Source: Nitrospirota bacterium (GTDB lineage Bacteria > Nitrospirota > UBA9217). Taken from it: a stretch of 64,000 nucleotides of DNA. The notes below the pieces were generated by a model. The model saw nothing but the letters and a program-made list of their open reading frames with translations. It searched no databases and was not told where the DNA came from. The position numbers and the translations under genes are program-made. Of this stretch, positions 41,109-51,620 are shown in pieces (positions within the stretch are counted from its first letter, which is position 1; each line of letters opens with the position of its first letter). The DNA lies in NCBI GenBank assembly GCA_963845065.1, contig CAWJQQ010000008.1, positions 288,001 to 352,000 on the forward strand. The letters run 5' to 3'.

Positions 41109-43403
41109 ATGACGAATGCACGAATACTAGTCGTTCAGGATGAAACGGCACTTGCAGAAGGGATGCAAAATCTCTTGCTGCATGCGAAGTATGATATTCC
41201 TGCAGTTGTCCCTTCAGGTGAAGAAGTTGTAAAAAGGACCAGGCAACTTCGGCCTGACCTTGTACTGATAGATATCAAAGAGAACCATGCCCTTGAAGCT
41301 GTCGCCATTGCCAAGCATATTGTCTCACTCTTCTATATCCCGGTTCTCTGCATAGCGGCACGTGAAGATCGCGAATGCTTGGAACTGTCAATAATTGACG
41401 AACCTATAATGTGTCTTCGGAAACCGTACGACGACGATGAATTGCTTACTTGCATCAGGATAATCCTCCAAGCCCACCACTTTTTTCGCAGACGGTTGAA
41501 TGAAGTCGTGAAAGAGAAAGAAGAACAATTCCGAGACTCCTTCGATTCCGCACCGATTGGCAAAGCGCTGGTTGGGCTCGATGGTCGGCTTTTGAAGGTT
41601 AACAAGGCTCTTTCCAAGCTTAGCGGTTATGATGAGCAGCAACTGACCCGTATGAAGTTTCAGGACATCATCCAGGTAGACTCTGGGGAAACGGAAAGCG
41701 ACTTATTGCAGGAAATCCTTACAAATGAAATGCGTCCCCGTCAGAAAGAGGGTCGTTTTAAGCACCGTCTGGGGCACGATTTGTATGTCTTGCTCAATTT
41801 TTCTCTGGTGGGGACCATACACCGTAACATCATTCTGCAAGTTCTTGACATTACTACGCGGAAGCAATCTGAAGAATCACTTCGGAAAAGTGAAAAAAGG
41901 TATCGGAAACTCGTCGAGGCGACTACAAGTTATATCTATACCGTGGAAGTTGAAAACGGAGCGCCAAGATCAACGAGGCATGAGCAGGGATGCGTATTTG
42001 TGACTGGGTACAACCATGAGGAATACGAGACTAATCCTCAACTCTGGTATCAGATAGTGTTCGATGGGGACCGTAAAGAGGTCATGAACCAGGCAGCCGC
42101 AATACTCGCGGGAAAAAGTATAACGCCCATCGAACACCGTATCATACACAAAGATGGTTCGATTCGCTGGGTGCGGAATACACCGGTGCCCCACTATGAT
42201 GATCAGGGCAGACTCGTCTCATACGACGGTCTGATCACGAATATAACCGAAGAGCGACATCTGAAGGATCAACTGCACCAAGCCCAGAAGATTGAAGTGA
42301 TAGGACAGCTTGCAGGAGGCATAGCTCACGATTTTAACAATATTCTAACCGCCATAATCGGATACTGCACTATCCTTGAGATGAAGACGTTGGAAGGTTC
42401 ACCACTCAAACAGGACATTGATTATATCCTGAACGCCGCGGAACGAGCCGCGAAACTGACTGAACGCCTTCTTGCCTTCAGCAGGAAACAAGCCAGTAAT
42501 CCAGAGCCCGTAAATATCAATGACATCGTAAAACGCGTCGAGAAACTATTGTCGAGAGTCATCGGTGAAGACATTCAGTTGGAGTATTCTTTTTCCAATG
42601 CTAGCATGACAACGATGGTAGATAGCTGGCAGTTGGAGCAGGTGTTGATTAATCTCGCGACGAATGCTCGTGATGCTATGCCACACGGCGGACTGTTAAC
42701 CATTGAGACGGGAACTGCAGAGCTGAATGAAGACTTCATCGAGCAACACGGATACGGCGAGGTTGGTGTCTATGCGAGTATCATCATGACCGATACGGGT
42801 ATGGGCATGGACGATGTTACGCAAAAAAGAATATTTGAGCCTTTTTATACAACCAAGGAGTCCGGGAAAGGAACAGGACTCGGGCTTGCCATTGTATATG
42901 GAATCGTCAAGCAGCATAAAGGGTACATAACCGTTTCAAGTGGGCTTGGGAAAGGATCAACCTTCACCATTTTTTTACCGATAGTAGATAACGTTGTTGA
43001 AGAAAGGAAACCTGCAGCGGTTTCTCACACCCCAGGGAAGGAGACAGTGCTGCTTGCCGAGGACGATCCTGACGTCAGGATCTCTACGAAAGCTCTGCTC
43101 GAGAACTTCGGCTATACGGTCATTGAGGCGACAGGAGGAGAGGACGCGATAAACAAGTTCAAGGAGCATCAAAACTCTGTAGACCTCCTTATTCTGGACG
43201 TCGTTATGCCGACAAAGACGGGTAACGAGGTTTATGAAGAGATCAGAAAAGTCAATCCCAACATCAAGGCGTTGTTTACGAGCGGGTATACCGATGAAAT
43301 AGTCCGCCAAAAAGGAAACCTGGAAAAGAAAGCCTACTTCGTCTCGAAACCGATTTCTCCCTCCCTTTTGTCGAAGAAGATCAGAGAAGTCCTAGATGCA
43401 TGA
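41109..43403 (+). CDS. Cytoplasmic hybrid histidine kinase REC-PAS-PAS-HisKA-HATPase-REC
   Basis: AHDFNNILT, NARDAM, GTGLGL, C-terminal receiver; degenerate N-terminal receiver. Confidence 0.9.
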   Translation: MTNARILVVQDETALAEGMQNLLLHAKYDIPAVVPSGEEVVKRTRQLRPDLVLIDIKENHALEAVAIAKHIVSLFYIPVLCIAAREDRECLELSIIDEPIMCLRKPYDDDELLTCIRIILQAHHFFRRRLNEVVKEKEEQFRDSFDSAPIGKALVGLDGRLLKVNKALSKLSGYDEQQLTRMKFQDIIQVDSGETESDLLQEILTNEMRPRQKEGRFKHRLGHDLYVLLNFSLVGTIHRNIILQVLDITTRKQSEESLRKSEKRYRKLVEATTSYIYTVEVENGAPRSTRHEQGCVFVTGYNHEEYETNPQLWYQIVFDGDRKEVMNQAAAILAGKSITPIEHRIIHKDGSIRWVRNTPVPHYDDQGRLVSYDGLITNITEERHLKDQLHQAQKIEVIGQLAGGIAHDFNNILTAIIGYCTILEMKTLEGSPLKQDIDYILNAAERAAKLTERLLAFSRKQASNPEPVNINDIVKRVEKLLSRVIGEDIQLEYSFSNASMTTMVDSWQLEQVLINLATNARDAMPHGGLLTIETGTAELNEDFIEQHGYGEVGVYASIIMTDTGMGMDDVTQKRIFEPFYTTKESGKGTGLGLAIVYGIVKQHKGYITVSSGLGKGSTFTIFLPIVDNVVEERKPAAVSHTPGKETVLLAEDDPDVRISTKALLENFGYTVIEATGGEDAINKFKEHQNSVDLLILDVVMPTKTGNEVYEEIRKVNPNIKALFTSGYTDEIVRQKGNLEKKAYFVSKPISPSLLSKKIREVLDA

Positions 43404-43591
43404 CGGATGCAGTAATAAAACAGGGATTGATTACCAAGGTATTCCCCGTTTTGTTAGAATGAAAACCATGTATCCTCGAATAAGCGCTTCCGACTTACCG
43501 CAAAACAATGCGGATGGGGTCTTATCTGTGGTTGCTTCTATAGAATGCGAAGCGCAACCAGAACTGGGAGGAGGCGCGTCTCCGTGTGATA

Positions 43592-44215
43592 TTACAACAT
43601 GATAAGAATGCTCATCATTGCGATGGACCAGATTATGTCCGTCGGGAGCTGCAGATCGCAGGTGGAGTCGAAAAAGAGGTCTGCGCTGGCTGGGAACTCT
43701 TCGTCCTCAAGCCAGAGCGATAGGATGACTGGGATCCGCGGCATGGGGTAGAACCTTAGGGCAGCATCGCCGAGATCAGCTTGTACACCGCCAAAGTTTT
43801 TCCCGTTTTTTAAAAACCCCGCTTTGTTACTTCCATATTTTGATGCCACTGGTTCCAGTGGCAGAACGTGCGATCCCTTAGTGAAGATGTCACCACCCTT
43901 AATGTTTTGGAGCTTCACAAGTCTTCCTGTGCATGCGATGTCCTTCGAGTTTACGAGGTACCAGAGGACAGAAAGCCTGAAAAAGTAGCCGAGACGCTGG
44001 AGGAGGACGCCGCTATCCGGATCCGCGCTAGAAATCACCTTTTCTTTTACCGATAAGGAGAACTCCATGTCGAAGGACCTTATCCGATAGCTCTCGGATG
44101 CCGTATCGTATGATACGGACGCGGATCGGCATACTTCGTCGGGATTCAGCCCTGCTAATAAGTCCCATGCCTTATCTTCACCGGAATTTCTACCCTCTTC
44201 CATATAAATCTCCAT
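43592..44215 (-). CDS. DUF3786-like protein
   Basis: GG..F.KG, GDA..RFYPMPRIPV..LW.EDEEFPA...FFD. Confidence 0.78.
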   Translation of the reverse strand: MEIYMEEGRNSGEDKAWDLLAGLNPDEVCRSASVSYDTASESYRIRSFDMEFSLSVKEKVISSADPDSGVLLQRLGYFFRLSVLWYLVNSKDIACTGRLVKLQNIKGGDIFTKGSHVLPLEPVASKYGSNKAGFLKNGKNFGGVQADLGDAALRFYPMPRIPVILSLWLEDEEFPASADLFFDSTCDLQLPTDIIWSIAMMSILIML

Positions 44216-44280
44216 AGGTATCCAAAAAATTTATGTATGAGTCATAATACCAGATTTTTTGTAAAATTAAAAGGGTATCA

Positions 44281-44452
44281 TGTTTCAAATTTAAACAGTT
44301 TTCTGCGTCTATTATCACCAGTTCATCCATTTCCATATATTATTGTTTTTATAAATTTTTGACTGCAAATAATAGCGTTCAATGCTATTTCTGTATATTA
44401 CTCATAATAATTATTATCCTAATCTGTTTCAATAGCGTTCATATATGAAACA
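44281..44452 (+). promoter_or_regulatory. Candidate enhancer (UAS) sites for a sigma54 activator
   Basis: Near-palindromes TGTTTCAAATTTAAACA (44281), AATAGCGTTCAATGCTATT (44371) and CGTTCATATATGAAACA (44436). Confidence 0.45.
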
Positions 44453-44503
44453 TCTACTTTAAGTATTAAATATTATTTATTAATAAAAACATATAGTTAT
44501 TAT

Positions 44504-44520
44504 TAGGCATATATATTGCT
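44504..44520 (+). promoter_or_regulatory. Sigma54 (-24/-12) promoter
   Basis: TAGGCAT-ATATA-TTGCT with canonical GG/GC spacing, preceded by an AT-rich tract. Confidence 0.75.
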
Positions 44521-44560
44521 TAAGATAGCATAAGTAAACATGATACAAGGAGATCTGTAA

Positions 44561-45058
44561 ATGGCAAAGAGGCAGTTGTTGTTTGTAGCATACCGTGATG
44601 AAAATATCGAAGAGGGCGTTTCATATGCCATCAAACTTGCCAAGGCGATGTATCAGGATATCACGCTCCTGCTGGTCCAAAAAAAGAGCAACCTTATGGA
44701 CAAGCTTGGAAACCTCGTGACTGCAGTGAGCTTCGCCGAACATGATGAGTACGAGATGGCACGAGAGATTGTGACAAGCGGTGAGACTGACAATCCACGT
44801 TATGAAAAGGTGATTGTTGAACTCAGGGAAAAATGCCATAACGAAGGAATTGAGGTTAGCTTCCAGGACACTGACCACGATGTGATCGCGGGCATCAGGG
44901 CGTTCCTAAAGAACCACGTGGGGATAGACAAGGTGGTGCTCAGCCCTGCGGTGACCGGAAGCGACACTGTCTCGGCCAAGGACCTGAACCGTCTAGCACG
45001 GACAGTGTCGCGGCCCTTCGTGACCATTACAAAACGAACCTCCGGTGCAGCATCCTGA
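44561..45058 (+). CDS. Universal-stress-protein-like hypothetical protein
   Basis: LLFV...GVSYAIKLAK..ITLLLV resembles a USP N-terminus; AAGGAG RBS. Confidence 0.65.
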   Translation: MAKRQLLFVAYRDENIEEGVSYAIKLAKAMYQDITLLLVQKKSNLMDKLGNLVTAVSFAEHDEYEMAREIVTSGETDNPRYEKVIVELREKCHNEGIEVSFQDTDHDVIAGIRAFLKNHVGIDKVVLSPAVTGSDTVSAKDLNRLARTVSRPFVTITKRTSGAAS

Positions 45059-45526
45059 AGAAGCATATAATTTTTTGCGCGTCCGGGGCAGCTTGCCAAG
45101 CGGATAGTAGATTATTGACGTACTCTACACCGCTAGATCATGTGGGATTCTGGATACAAGCGGAGTGGATGCCAGAAACTTCGGAGCCTTATGGCTCATC
45201 GCCCAATGGTTGGAAGCCCCTGCCATCATGCGAAGGGAATAGCACAGATTCCTAAATCTTTTATCAGCCAGCTCAAGGAGAGTAGGATTGCAGTTAACGT
45301 TTTCCAAAATAGAAATGGCGACACGGATAATGAAAGCAGAATGCAAAGATTTATTTCTGTCTAAACTTGGATTGTTCATGGTCCCTCGAATGCATCGTGC
45401 GCCCAAACCAAAAAGTATCTACCGGTGCCTTACGCGGGCGCCCGGCATCGGACATTTTCGTAAAGTGTGTGACTTGAGTTATTTCATCGAAGGATTTATA
45501 ATTACAAAAGAGGAGAGGTACTTACC

Positions 45527-47041
45527 ATGAAAAAGTTTATGCAGTTTCCCCATCCGTTTTTTTCAGCACGCCCTACGTGGAAATGGTTCATACTGATCAA
45601 CGTCCTTATCGGAGCAACGATGTCCGCTTTGGACGTAAGCATCGTGAATGTGGCCATGCCGACCCTGAAGGGCGAGTTCAATGTTTCCATGTCTCTCATC
45701 GAATGGGTGGCAATGTCGTACATGCTCACGCTTACTATTTTCCTTCCCTTTTTCGGCAGGCTCGCCGACATGTTCGGCAGATCGAGGCTTTACAATGCCG
45801 GTTTCGTCGTCTTTACCGTAGGGTCGCTGTTTTGCGGTATGTCAACAACCGCTATGATGCTCATTGCCGCACGTGTTCTTCAAGCGGTAGGGGCAGGGCT
45901 TCTGCAGGCGAACTCCGTTGCACTGATCACCCAGGCCTTTCCGGGGACCGAGCGGGGCAAGGCCATTGGCATACAAGGCGCTGTCCAAGCGATTGCCATG
46001 GCTGTCGGTCCTTTCGTAGGAGGCGTTTTGATCGCCACTATCGGCTGGCGTTCCGTGTTCTATATCAACATCCCGATTGGCATCGTCGGTACGATCGCTG
46101 CCCTGTATATTCTACCGCCCAATGAAAAAACCGAGAAAAAAGAATCAATCGATTATCTCGGAACGATATTCTTCGCTTCGGGCCTCGGATTTCTCGTGCT
46201 GGGATTCAACGAAGTCGTAAACCTGGGATGGGGTTCGAACACCATCATTGTCTACTTTATAAACGCCTGTATCCTACTCGGGCTGTTCGTGCTGACGGAA
46301 CTGCGCGTCAAGCATCCGCTCATTGATCTGAAATTGTTCAAGAACAGCACATTCCTGCTCGGCAATCTAACCGGTATGATGTCGTATTATGTTCTGTTTG
46401 CCGTTCTTTTCCTGATGCCGTTCTATCTCGAAAAAGTACTCAATTACAGTCCTGCGCTTACCGGCAGCCTGCTCACGCCCATTCCTCTTGCCATGGCTCT
46501 CGTTGCACCGTTCTCGGGGCACATCTCTGATAAATTTGGTCCACGGCTCATGACGTCTTCGGGCATGATGGTATCCGCACTTGCGTGTTTTTCCCTCTTA
46601 TTCCTTGGAATTCATTCAAATCTGATTGTCATGATAGGTGAGCTAGTCCTCTTGGGGGTCGGGATGGGCATGTTCACACCGCCGAACAACAGCGCTATCA
46701 TGGGCGCCGCTCCCAGGGATAAATTGGGTCTTGCCGGGGGCGTCTTGAATATGATGAGGTCTCTCGGCCTGATCTTTGGCGTGGACATCTCCGGATTGAT
46801 CTTTACCAAACTGGAACACAAATATCTTGCTGATCAGGGGTATGGGAATGTAAAGCACATCTTCAGCAATAGCGGTATCCCGCTCGATATGAAAAATCAC
46901 GCCTTCATGAGGGGCTTTATCGTGGTCATCGGCGTGCTTCTGGTGCTAAACGTCGTCGCCGCAGTGCTTTCAACCACTAGGAAACAAGGCGAGGTGGACG
47001 CGGAAGCAGCGGAGGCAGCCAAAGAATTCGCGGAAGTCTAG
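45527..47041 (+). CDS. MFS DHA2 (EmrB/QacA-like) transporter
   Basis: LDVSIVNVAMP, GRLADMFGR, WRSVFYINIPIG; about 14 TM segments. Confidence 0.92.
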   Translation: MKKFMQFPHPFFSARPTWKWFILINVLIGATMSALDVSIVNVAMPTLKGEFNVSMSLIEWVAMSYMLTLTIFLPFFGRLADMFGRSRLYNAGFVVFTVGSLFCGMSTTAMMLIAARVLQAVGAGLLQANSVALITQAFPGTERGKAIGIQGAVQAIAMAVGPFVGGVLIATIGWRSVFYINIPIGIVGTIAALYILPPNEKTEKKESIDYLGTIFFASGLGFLVLGFNEVVNLGWGSNTIIVYFINACILLGLFVLTELRVKHPLIDLKLFKNSTFLLGNLTGMMSYYVLFAVLFLMPFYLEKVLNYSPALTGSLLTPIPLAMALVAPFSGHISDKFGPRLMTSSGMMVSALACFSLLFLGIHSNLIVMIGELVLLGVGMGMFTPPNNSAIMGAAPRDKLGLAGGVLNMMRSLGLIFGVDISGLIFTKLEHKYLADQGYGNVKHIFSNSGIPLDMKNHAFMRGFIVVIGVLLVLNVVAAVLSTTRKQGEVDAEAAEAAKEFAEV

Positions 47042-47064
47042 TCGTGCAGCATATCCGTCATCAG

Positions 47065-47105
47065 AACCTGCCCCCGGAATTAGAAACCCGGGGGCGGGTT
47101 TTTTT
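47065..47105 (+). terminator. Intrinsic terminator after the MFS gene
   Basis: AACCTGCCCCCGG...CCGGGGGCGGG followed by T7. Confidence 0.85.
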
Positions 47106-47530
47106 GTTCGCCATGAAATGATCCCCGGAGCGTCTCAGAACGTACCCTGATCTTGTGAACCGTCAAAAGCTTTTCGCTGGCATAGGTAAGGCAGAATTTC
47201 TTGTACTTATCCCGGCACAGGTTGACGGTTTTGCCCTTTCTCGTACCCGCTATCCAATTATGTGACTTCTTCCCTCGGGATTTGTGGTAATTGGCTGCGT
47301 CACCTCCCATCCTGACGATGCCGGATATTCTCCTTTCTTGCAGGTCCATCCTGATTTATCGTTTTATCTATCGTCTGACAAATAATGTACAGCCGGTTGT
47401 ATTCTTGATTCATTGTGACTTTGACCTTCGTTCACATCAAGCCCTTCTGTTGCAATATGGCATTGTAGTGCAGAATAGAACATTTTGATTTAGGCGAAGG
47501 AGGACATTGCCACGGAAAGGCATTTTTTCT

Positions 47531-47559
47531 TTGCTTCCAAATATAGTATATGCTAAATT
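47531..47559 (+). promoter_or_regulatory. Sigma70-type promoter for tatA copy 1
   Basis: TTGCTT-N17-TAAATT with an extended -10 TG; conserved at 51133-51161. Confidence 0.55.
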
Positions 47560-47621
47560 AACAGAGACATGCCGTACCGGCGATTAAGCTCTCCTTAAAA
47601 AGAGCATGGAAAAGAGCAATA

Positions 47622-47810
47622 ATGTTTGAAGGATTAGCACAGCCAATGCACTTGATTCTCATTCTCTTGATCGTCCTGATTATTTTCGGCCCGGGGAAAC
47701 TTCCGGAACTCGGTGTAGGTCTTGGAAAGAGCATCAAGGAATTTAAGAAAGCTATGAAGGAAGGCCAGGAAACTGCGGCAATAGAAAAGAAAGAAGAAAA
47801 AAAAGCGTAA
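47622..47810 (+). CDS. tatA: Twin-arginine translocase TatA/E, copy 1
   Basis: TM helix, then [22 protein letters not shown]. Confidence 0.92.
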   Translation: MFEGLAQPMHLILILLIVLIIFGPGKLPELGVGLGKSIKEFKKAMKEGQETAAIEKKEEKKA

Positions 47811-48071
47811 TCCGCGGTGGGAGAACGATTAGAAAATAGCGGATACAGGAAGTCGGTACTTCAGGATAATTGAATAATTCATGAGTAGATTCATTATTTT
47901 TGGTCTGCAATAATTACTGATTCAGATTGGCACCTCTCGTCATGCGTCTGTTCTTCGGAGGGAAAGGAAAAGTTTCCAACGTGTCGGGTAATGCTGGCTA
48001 CCTTATGCGAGGGATACTGACTCAGGAAGGACTTGATAACATCTCACGGCAATCAGAAGCGATCAACAGGC

Positions 48072-48374
48072 GGCACGACAGATTATGCAAGCGATACTAA
48101 GACTGACCGGCTGCGTTCTGAGAAGGTGGTCTTCGGACTCGGGGATAATTGCAGCAAAGAAGGAATTGAGGTGATCGTCTAGGCCACTGACCACTATGTG
48201 GTCGCAGGTATCAGCGCGTTTCTGAAGAACCGCGTGGCTATCGACAAGGTGGTGCTCAGTCTCGCGGTGACCGGAAGCGACACTGTCTCGGCCAGGGACC
48301 TGAACCGTCTCGTACGGAAAGCGTCGCGGCCTATCGTGACCATGACAAAACAGGCCTGCGGCGCAGCATCCTGA
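48072..48374 (+). pseudogene. 5'-truncated pseudogene copy of the USP-like gene at 44561-45058
   Basis: Aligns to about 44757-45058; in-frame TAG at 48180-48182 where the intact copy has CAG; homology continues to about 48436. Confidence 0.85.
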
Positions 48375-48477
48375 AGCAGGACATCATTTTCTGCGCGTTC
48401 GGGACGGCTTGCCAAGCACGGAAGGTGGATTACTGGATCGCCGTATTTAAAACTATTCAAGAAAAGGAGTAGTGACA

Positions 48478-49404
48478 ATGTATCTGTATCTGCCCGTAGC
48501 ATTGACAAGTATCAATATCCTCATCCCTTTGGGGCTCGGACTGGCCGTGGGGTTTCTCTCCGGCCTCTTCGGCGTCGGCGGTGGGTTTCTCATGACACCG
48601 CTTCTGATCATGATCGGCATTCCATCCACCGTGGCTGCGGCTACAGATTCTAACCAGATTGTGGCAGCATCAACGTCCGGGACTTATGCGCATTGGAAGG
48701 TCGGCAACGTTGATTTTAAAATGGGAATGTACCTGCTGATTGGCGGATTTGTCGGTGGCATCGTCGGAGTCCATGCGATCAAACTGCTTCACGCCATGGG
48801 CAACGCGGACTTCGTGATTAAGATGACCTATGTGTTGATGCTCGGCATCGTGGGCGTATATATGTTCATCGAAAGCCTTCATAGTATGAAGAAGAAAAAG
48901 AGCAAAAAAATTGAGGCGGTGAAGGCTGAGAAAGAATCGGCCGTAGGCAAATTCCTCAAGTCTCTCCCCCTCCAGACTCGGTTTGAAAAGTCCGGCATTA
49001 CCCACTCGGTCTTTGTTCCTATCGTCCTGGGGGGGCTCGTGGGCGTGCTTGCCGCGATTATGGGTGTGGGCGGCGGATTCCTGATGGTGCCGATCATGGT
49101 CTACATGCTCCGCATGCCCATGCACGTCGTGGTTGGGACAAGCCTATTCCAGATTCTGTTCACCTGCATCGAGGTTACATTCCTGCAGGCATACACGAAC
49201 CATAGCGTGGACTTCGTCCTCGCCGTCCTTCTGCTCCTCGGTTCCACCGTCGGCGCACAGGTCGGTGCGGTGTTCGGCCGGAAACTTAAGGCGGAACAGC
49301 TCAAGATCTTGCTAGCGTGCATCGTCCTAGCCGTGGCAGTAAATATGGTTTTTGAACTGACTTTGACACCTTCATTACTCATTTCGCAGTCAGGAGGACA
49401 TTAA
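48478..49404 (+). CDS. TauE/SafE (TSUP) family sulfite/anion exporter
   Basis: Two GVGGGF repeats, MYLYLPVA start, VVGTSLFQI. Confidence 0.92.
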   Translation: MYLYLPVALTSINILIPLGLGLAVGFLSGLFGVGGGFLMTPLLIMIGIPSTVAAATDSNQIVAASTSGTYAHWKVGNVDFKMGMYLLIGGFVGGIVGVHAIKLLHAMGNADFVIKMTYVLMLGIVGVYMFIESLHSMKKKKSKKIEAVKAEKESAVGKFLKSLPLQTRFEKSGITHSVFVPIVLGGLVGVLAAIMGVGGGFLMVPIMVYMLRMPMHVVVGTSLFQILFTCIEVTFLQAYTNHSVDFVLAVLLLLGSTVGAQVGAVFGRKLKAEQLKILLACIVLAVAVNMVFELTLTPSLLISQSGGH

Positions 49405-49406
49405 TA

Positions 49407-50210
49407 ATGACCGTGCACGGAGTGAATACTTCGAAGCTCAAAGCGGTGGTGCTTACGGGGGTATCTTTGGTGGTTTTTTTATTCACGCTTGCCGCACCCG
49501 CATCAGCCATGCTTACTGTCAATGCGAACCATGAGCACATTACCGTCGACTTCTTTTATCACGGAAGTACCGTCAGCATCCGGGGCGAATCGGACCCCGG
49601 CGTAGACCTCATTATCAAGATAGCCGCCTCCGAGGAACATCAGGTATTGAAGCGGAAGGGGAAAGTCGCCGGCATTCTCTGGATGAATGTGGGGCTTCTA
49701 AAGTTCGAGCACGTACCAAATTTTTATACAATCAGCAGTACCAAGAAACTGGAAGACATTTTGAGCAAGGAAGAAATGGAAAAGTATACCATTGGATATC
49801 CTGCTCTCGAGAAGCATGTTGAGGTAACCCCTGTTGCAAACGAGCAAGAGAAGTCAAAGTGGTTTGCTGAGTTCGTAAAATTTAAGGAAGACTCGCGTGT
49901 CTATGCTCTGTCATCCGATAAGATTGAGATCAAGACAAGCGCAGCAGGAAGGCAGGAATATTCCTTTCTAACGGACTGGCCTTACCAGGCGTCCCCCGGT
50001 GATTATATGGTTACGGTCTATGAGGTGAAGAACGGGAAGGTCCTTGAACAGGCTGAAACAAAGATCAACGTTGAGCAGGTCGGTATTGTCAAGGCGCTAG
50101 CTACCATGGCTAGCAACAATGCGGCGTTCTACGGCATTCTCTCCATCGGCATTGCCCTGGGAGCCGGTTTCGGCGTAGGCTTGGCGTTCAGAGGCGGAGG
50201 CTCTCATTAA
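49407..50210 (+). CDS. TIGR02186-like membrane-anchored partner of the TSUP transporter
   Basis: Signal peptide, KGKVAGILWMN, C-terminal TM; typical position after the TSUP gene. Confidence 0.78.
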   Translation: MTVHGVNTSKLKAVVLTGVSLVVFLFTLAAPASAMLTVNANHEHITVDFFYHGSTVSIRGESDPGVDLIIKIAASEEHQVLKRKGKVAGILWMNVGLLKFEHVPNFYTISSTKKLEDILSKEEMEKYTIGYPALEKHVEVTPVANEQEKSKWFAEFVKFKEDSRVYALSSDKIEIKTSAAGRQEYSFLTDWPYQASPGDYMVTVYEVKNGKVLEQAETKINVEQVGIVKALATMASNNAAFYGILSIGIALGAGFGVGLAFRGGGSH

Positions 50211-50212
50211 TC

Positions 50213-51076
50213 ATGTATACATCAATTGTTGTCGGTTATGACGAATCTCTACCGAGCAAGGCAGCGCTGAGAGAAGTCTCCCTTCGCATCAAACGAAGCC
50301 GTGGCACAATTTATCTCGTGAATGCTGTCTACTTCGACGACGAGGAGTTTCACATCCTTCCCTGGCAGAAGGAGAAGCGGTTTGAGATCGGGAAGAACGT
50401 CTGTTTGGAAGCGAAGAAGAATCTTCAAGACGAATTCGGGCTGAAGGAAAATGTGGACTCAATCATTTGCGAGGGTGAGCCGCCTGAGGTAATCATCGGC
50501 ATAGCTCGAGCCAAGAAGGCCGATCTGATCGCTCTCGGTACTTACGGCAGGAAAGGACTCAAGCGGCTGTTCATGGGCAGCGTGACGTCCTACGTTGTTC
50601 TCAACGCTCCCTGTGACGTGCTCGTGGTGAAAAAGCCCAGCGCCTACTCTGCAGCGGGGTACCATTCTCTCCTGGTACCTTTCGATGGGTCGGAGTCAAG
50701 TAAAAAAGCATTGGGACGGGCCTTTGATTTGTCGAAGACTGACGGCTCCGAGCTCTCGGTCCTGTACGTGATCCCCCGCTACGAGGAAATGATGGATTTT
50801 TTCAAGTCCGAGTCCGTCAAGAAAAGTCTCTTACAGGAAGCGGAAAAGATCGTCGAAGTCGCCAAGAAGCTGGCAGCCAGTCAGGGTTTGCAGATCAAGG
50901 CCATGGTGCAGGAAGGCCATGCCGCAGACAAGATCGTGGAGACCGCCGATAAAATGAACCATGATCTGATCGTCGTCGGGACCCATGGCTGGCGCGGCGT
51001 CAACAAGGCGATCATGGGGAGCACGGCGGAGCGGATCATAGCCTATGCTTCCTGCCCTGTCCTTATTGCGAAGTAG
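50213..51076 (+). CDS. Tandem universal stress protein
   Basis: Two USP domains (VGYDES / GTYGRKG..GSV; VPFDGS / GTHG..GSTAE..CPVL). Confidence 0.92.
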   Translation: MYTSIVVGYDESLPSKAALREVSLRIKRSRGTIYLVNAVYFDDEEFHILPWQKEKRFEIGKNVCLEAKKNLQDEFGLKENVDSIICEGEPPEVIIGIARAKKADLIALGTYGRKGLKRLFMGSVTSYVVLNAPCDVLVVKKPSAYSAAGYHSLLVPFDGSESSKKALGRAFDLSKTDGSELSVLYVIPRYEEMMDFFKSESVKKSLLQEAEKIVEVAKKLAASQGLQIKAMVQEGHAADKIVETADKMNHDLIVVGTHGWRGVNKAIMGSTAERIIAYASCPVLIAK

Positions 51077-51236
51077 GTGACAATAAAGGTTTTTTTGTTC
51101 AACAACGGGAGCCATGGAAAGTCGTTTTTTCTTTGCTTCCAAATATATTATATGGTAAATTGCATACTACCTTAATAGGAGCCTGCCATACCGGCTATTA
51201 AGCTCTCCTTAAAAAGAGCATGGAAAAGGAGCAATA

Positions 51237-51425
51237 ATGTTTGAAGGATTAGCACAGCCAATGCACTTGATCCTCATTCTTTTGATCGTTCTGGTTATTT
51301 TCGGCCCGGGGAAACTTCCGGAACTGGGTGCAGGTCTTGGAAAGAGCATCAAGGAATTTAAGAAAGCTATGAAGGAAGGCCAGGAAACTGCGGCGATAGC
51401 AAAGAATGAAGAAAAAAAGGCGTAA
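51237..51425 (+). CDS. tatA: Twin-arginine translocase TatA/E, copy 2
   Basis: Nearly identical to copy 1 (4 aa differences by eye). Confidence 0.92.
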   Translation: MFEGLAQPMHLILILLIVLVIFGPGKLPELGAGLGKSIKEFKKAMKEGQETAAIAKNEEKKA

Positions 51426-51620
51426 CCCGCGGTGGTGAACGATTAAGAAATAGCGGATACAGGAAGTCGGTACCTCAGGATATTGAAAAATCATGAGTAG
51501 ACTCATTACCTCTGCTCTGCAACAATTACTGATTCAGATTGGCACCCTTCGCCATGTGCCTGTGCTCGGAGGTAAAAGAAACGCCTCCGACGTGTCAGGT
51601 AACGCAGGCTACCTTCTTCT

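Larger units (their letters stand above)
47509..48068 (+). repeat. Diverged duplicate of about 51111-51759 (promoter, tatA, downstream spacer and start of the MshEN-like gene)
   Basis: Direct visual alignment; copy 1 lacks about 80 bp corresponding to 51615-51695. Confidence 0.9.

Noticed and set aside
43396..43602. 68-aa ORF after the hybrid kinase
   Set aside because: No motif, and it overlaps the end of the convergent gene; likely spurious
47080..47470. Minus-strand 89-aa ORF, vaguely like a decayed YHS-domain gene
   Set aside because: Similarity too weak to support
47927..47945. TTGGCAC here and at about 51539 as sigma54 promoters
   Set aside because: No TTGC at the -12 position in either copy
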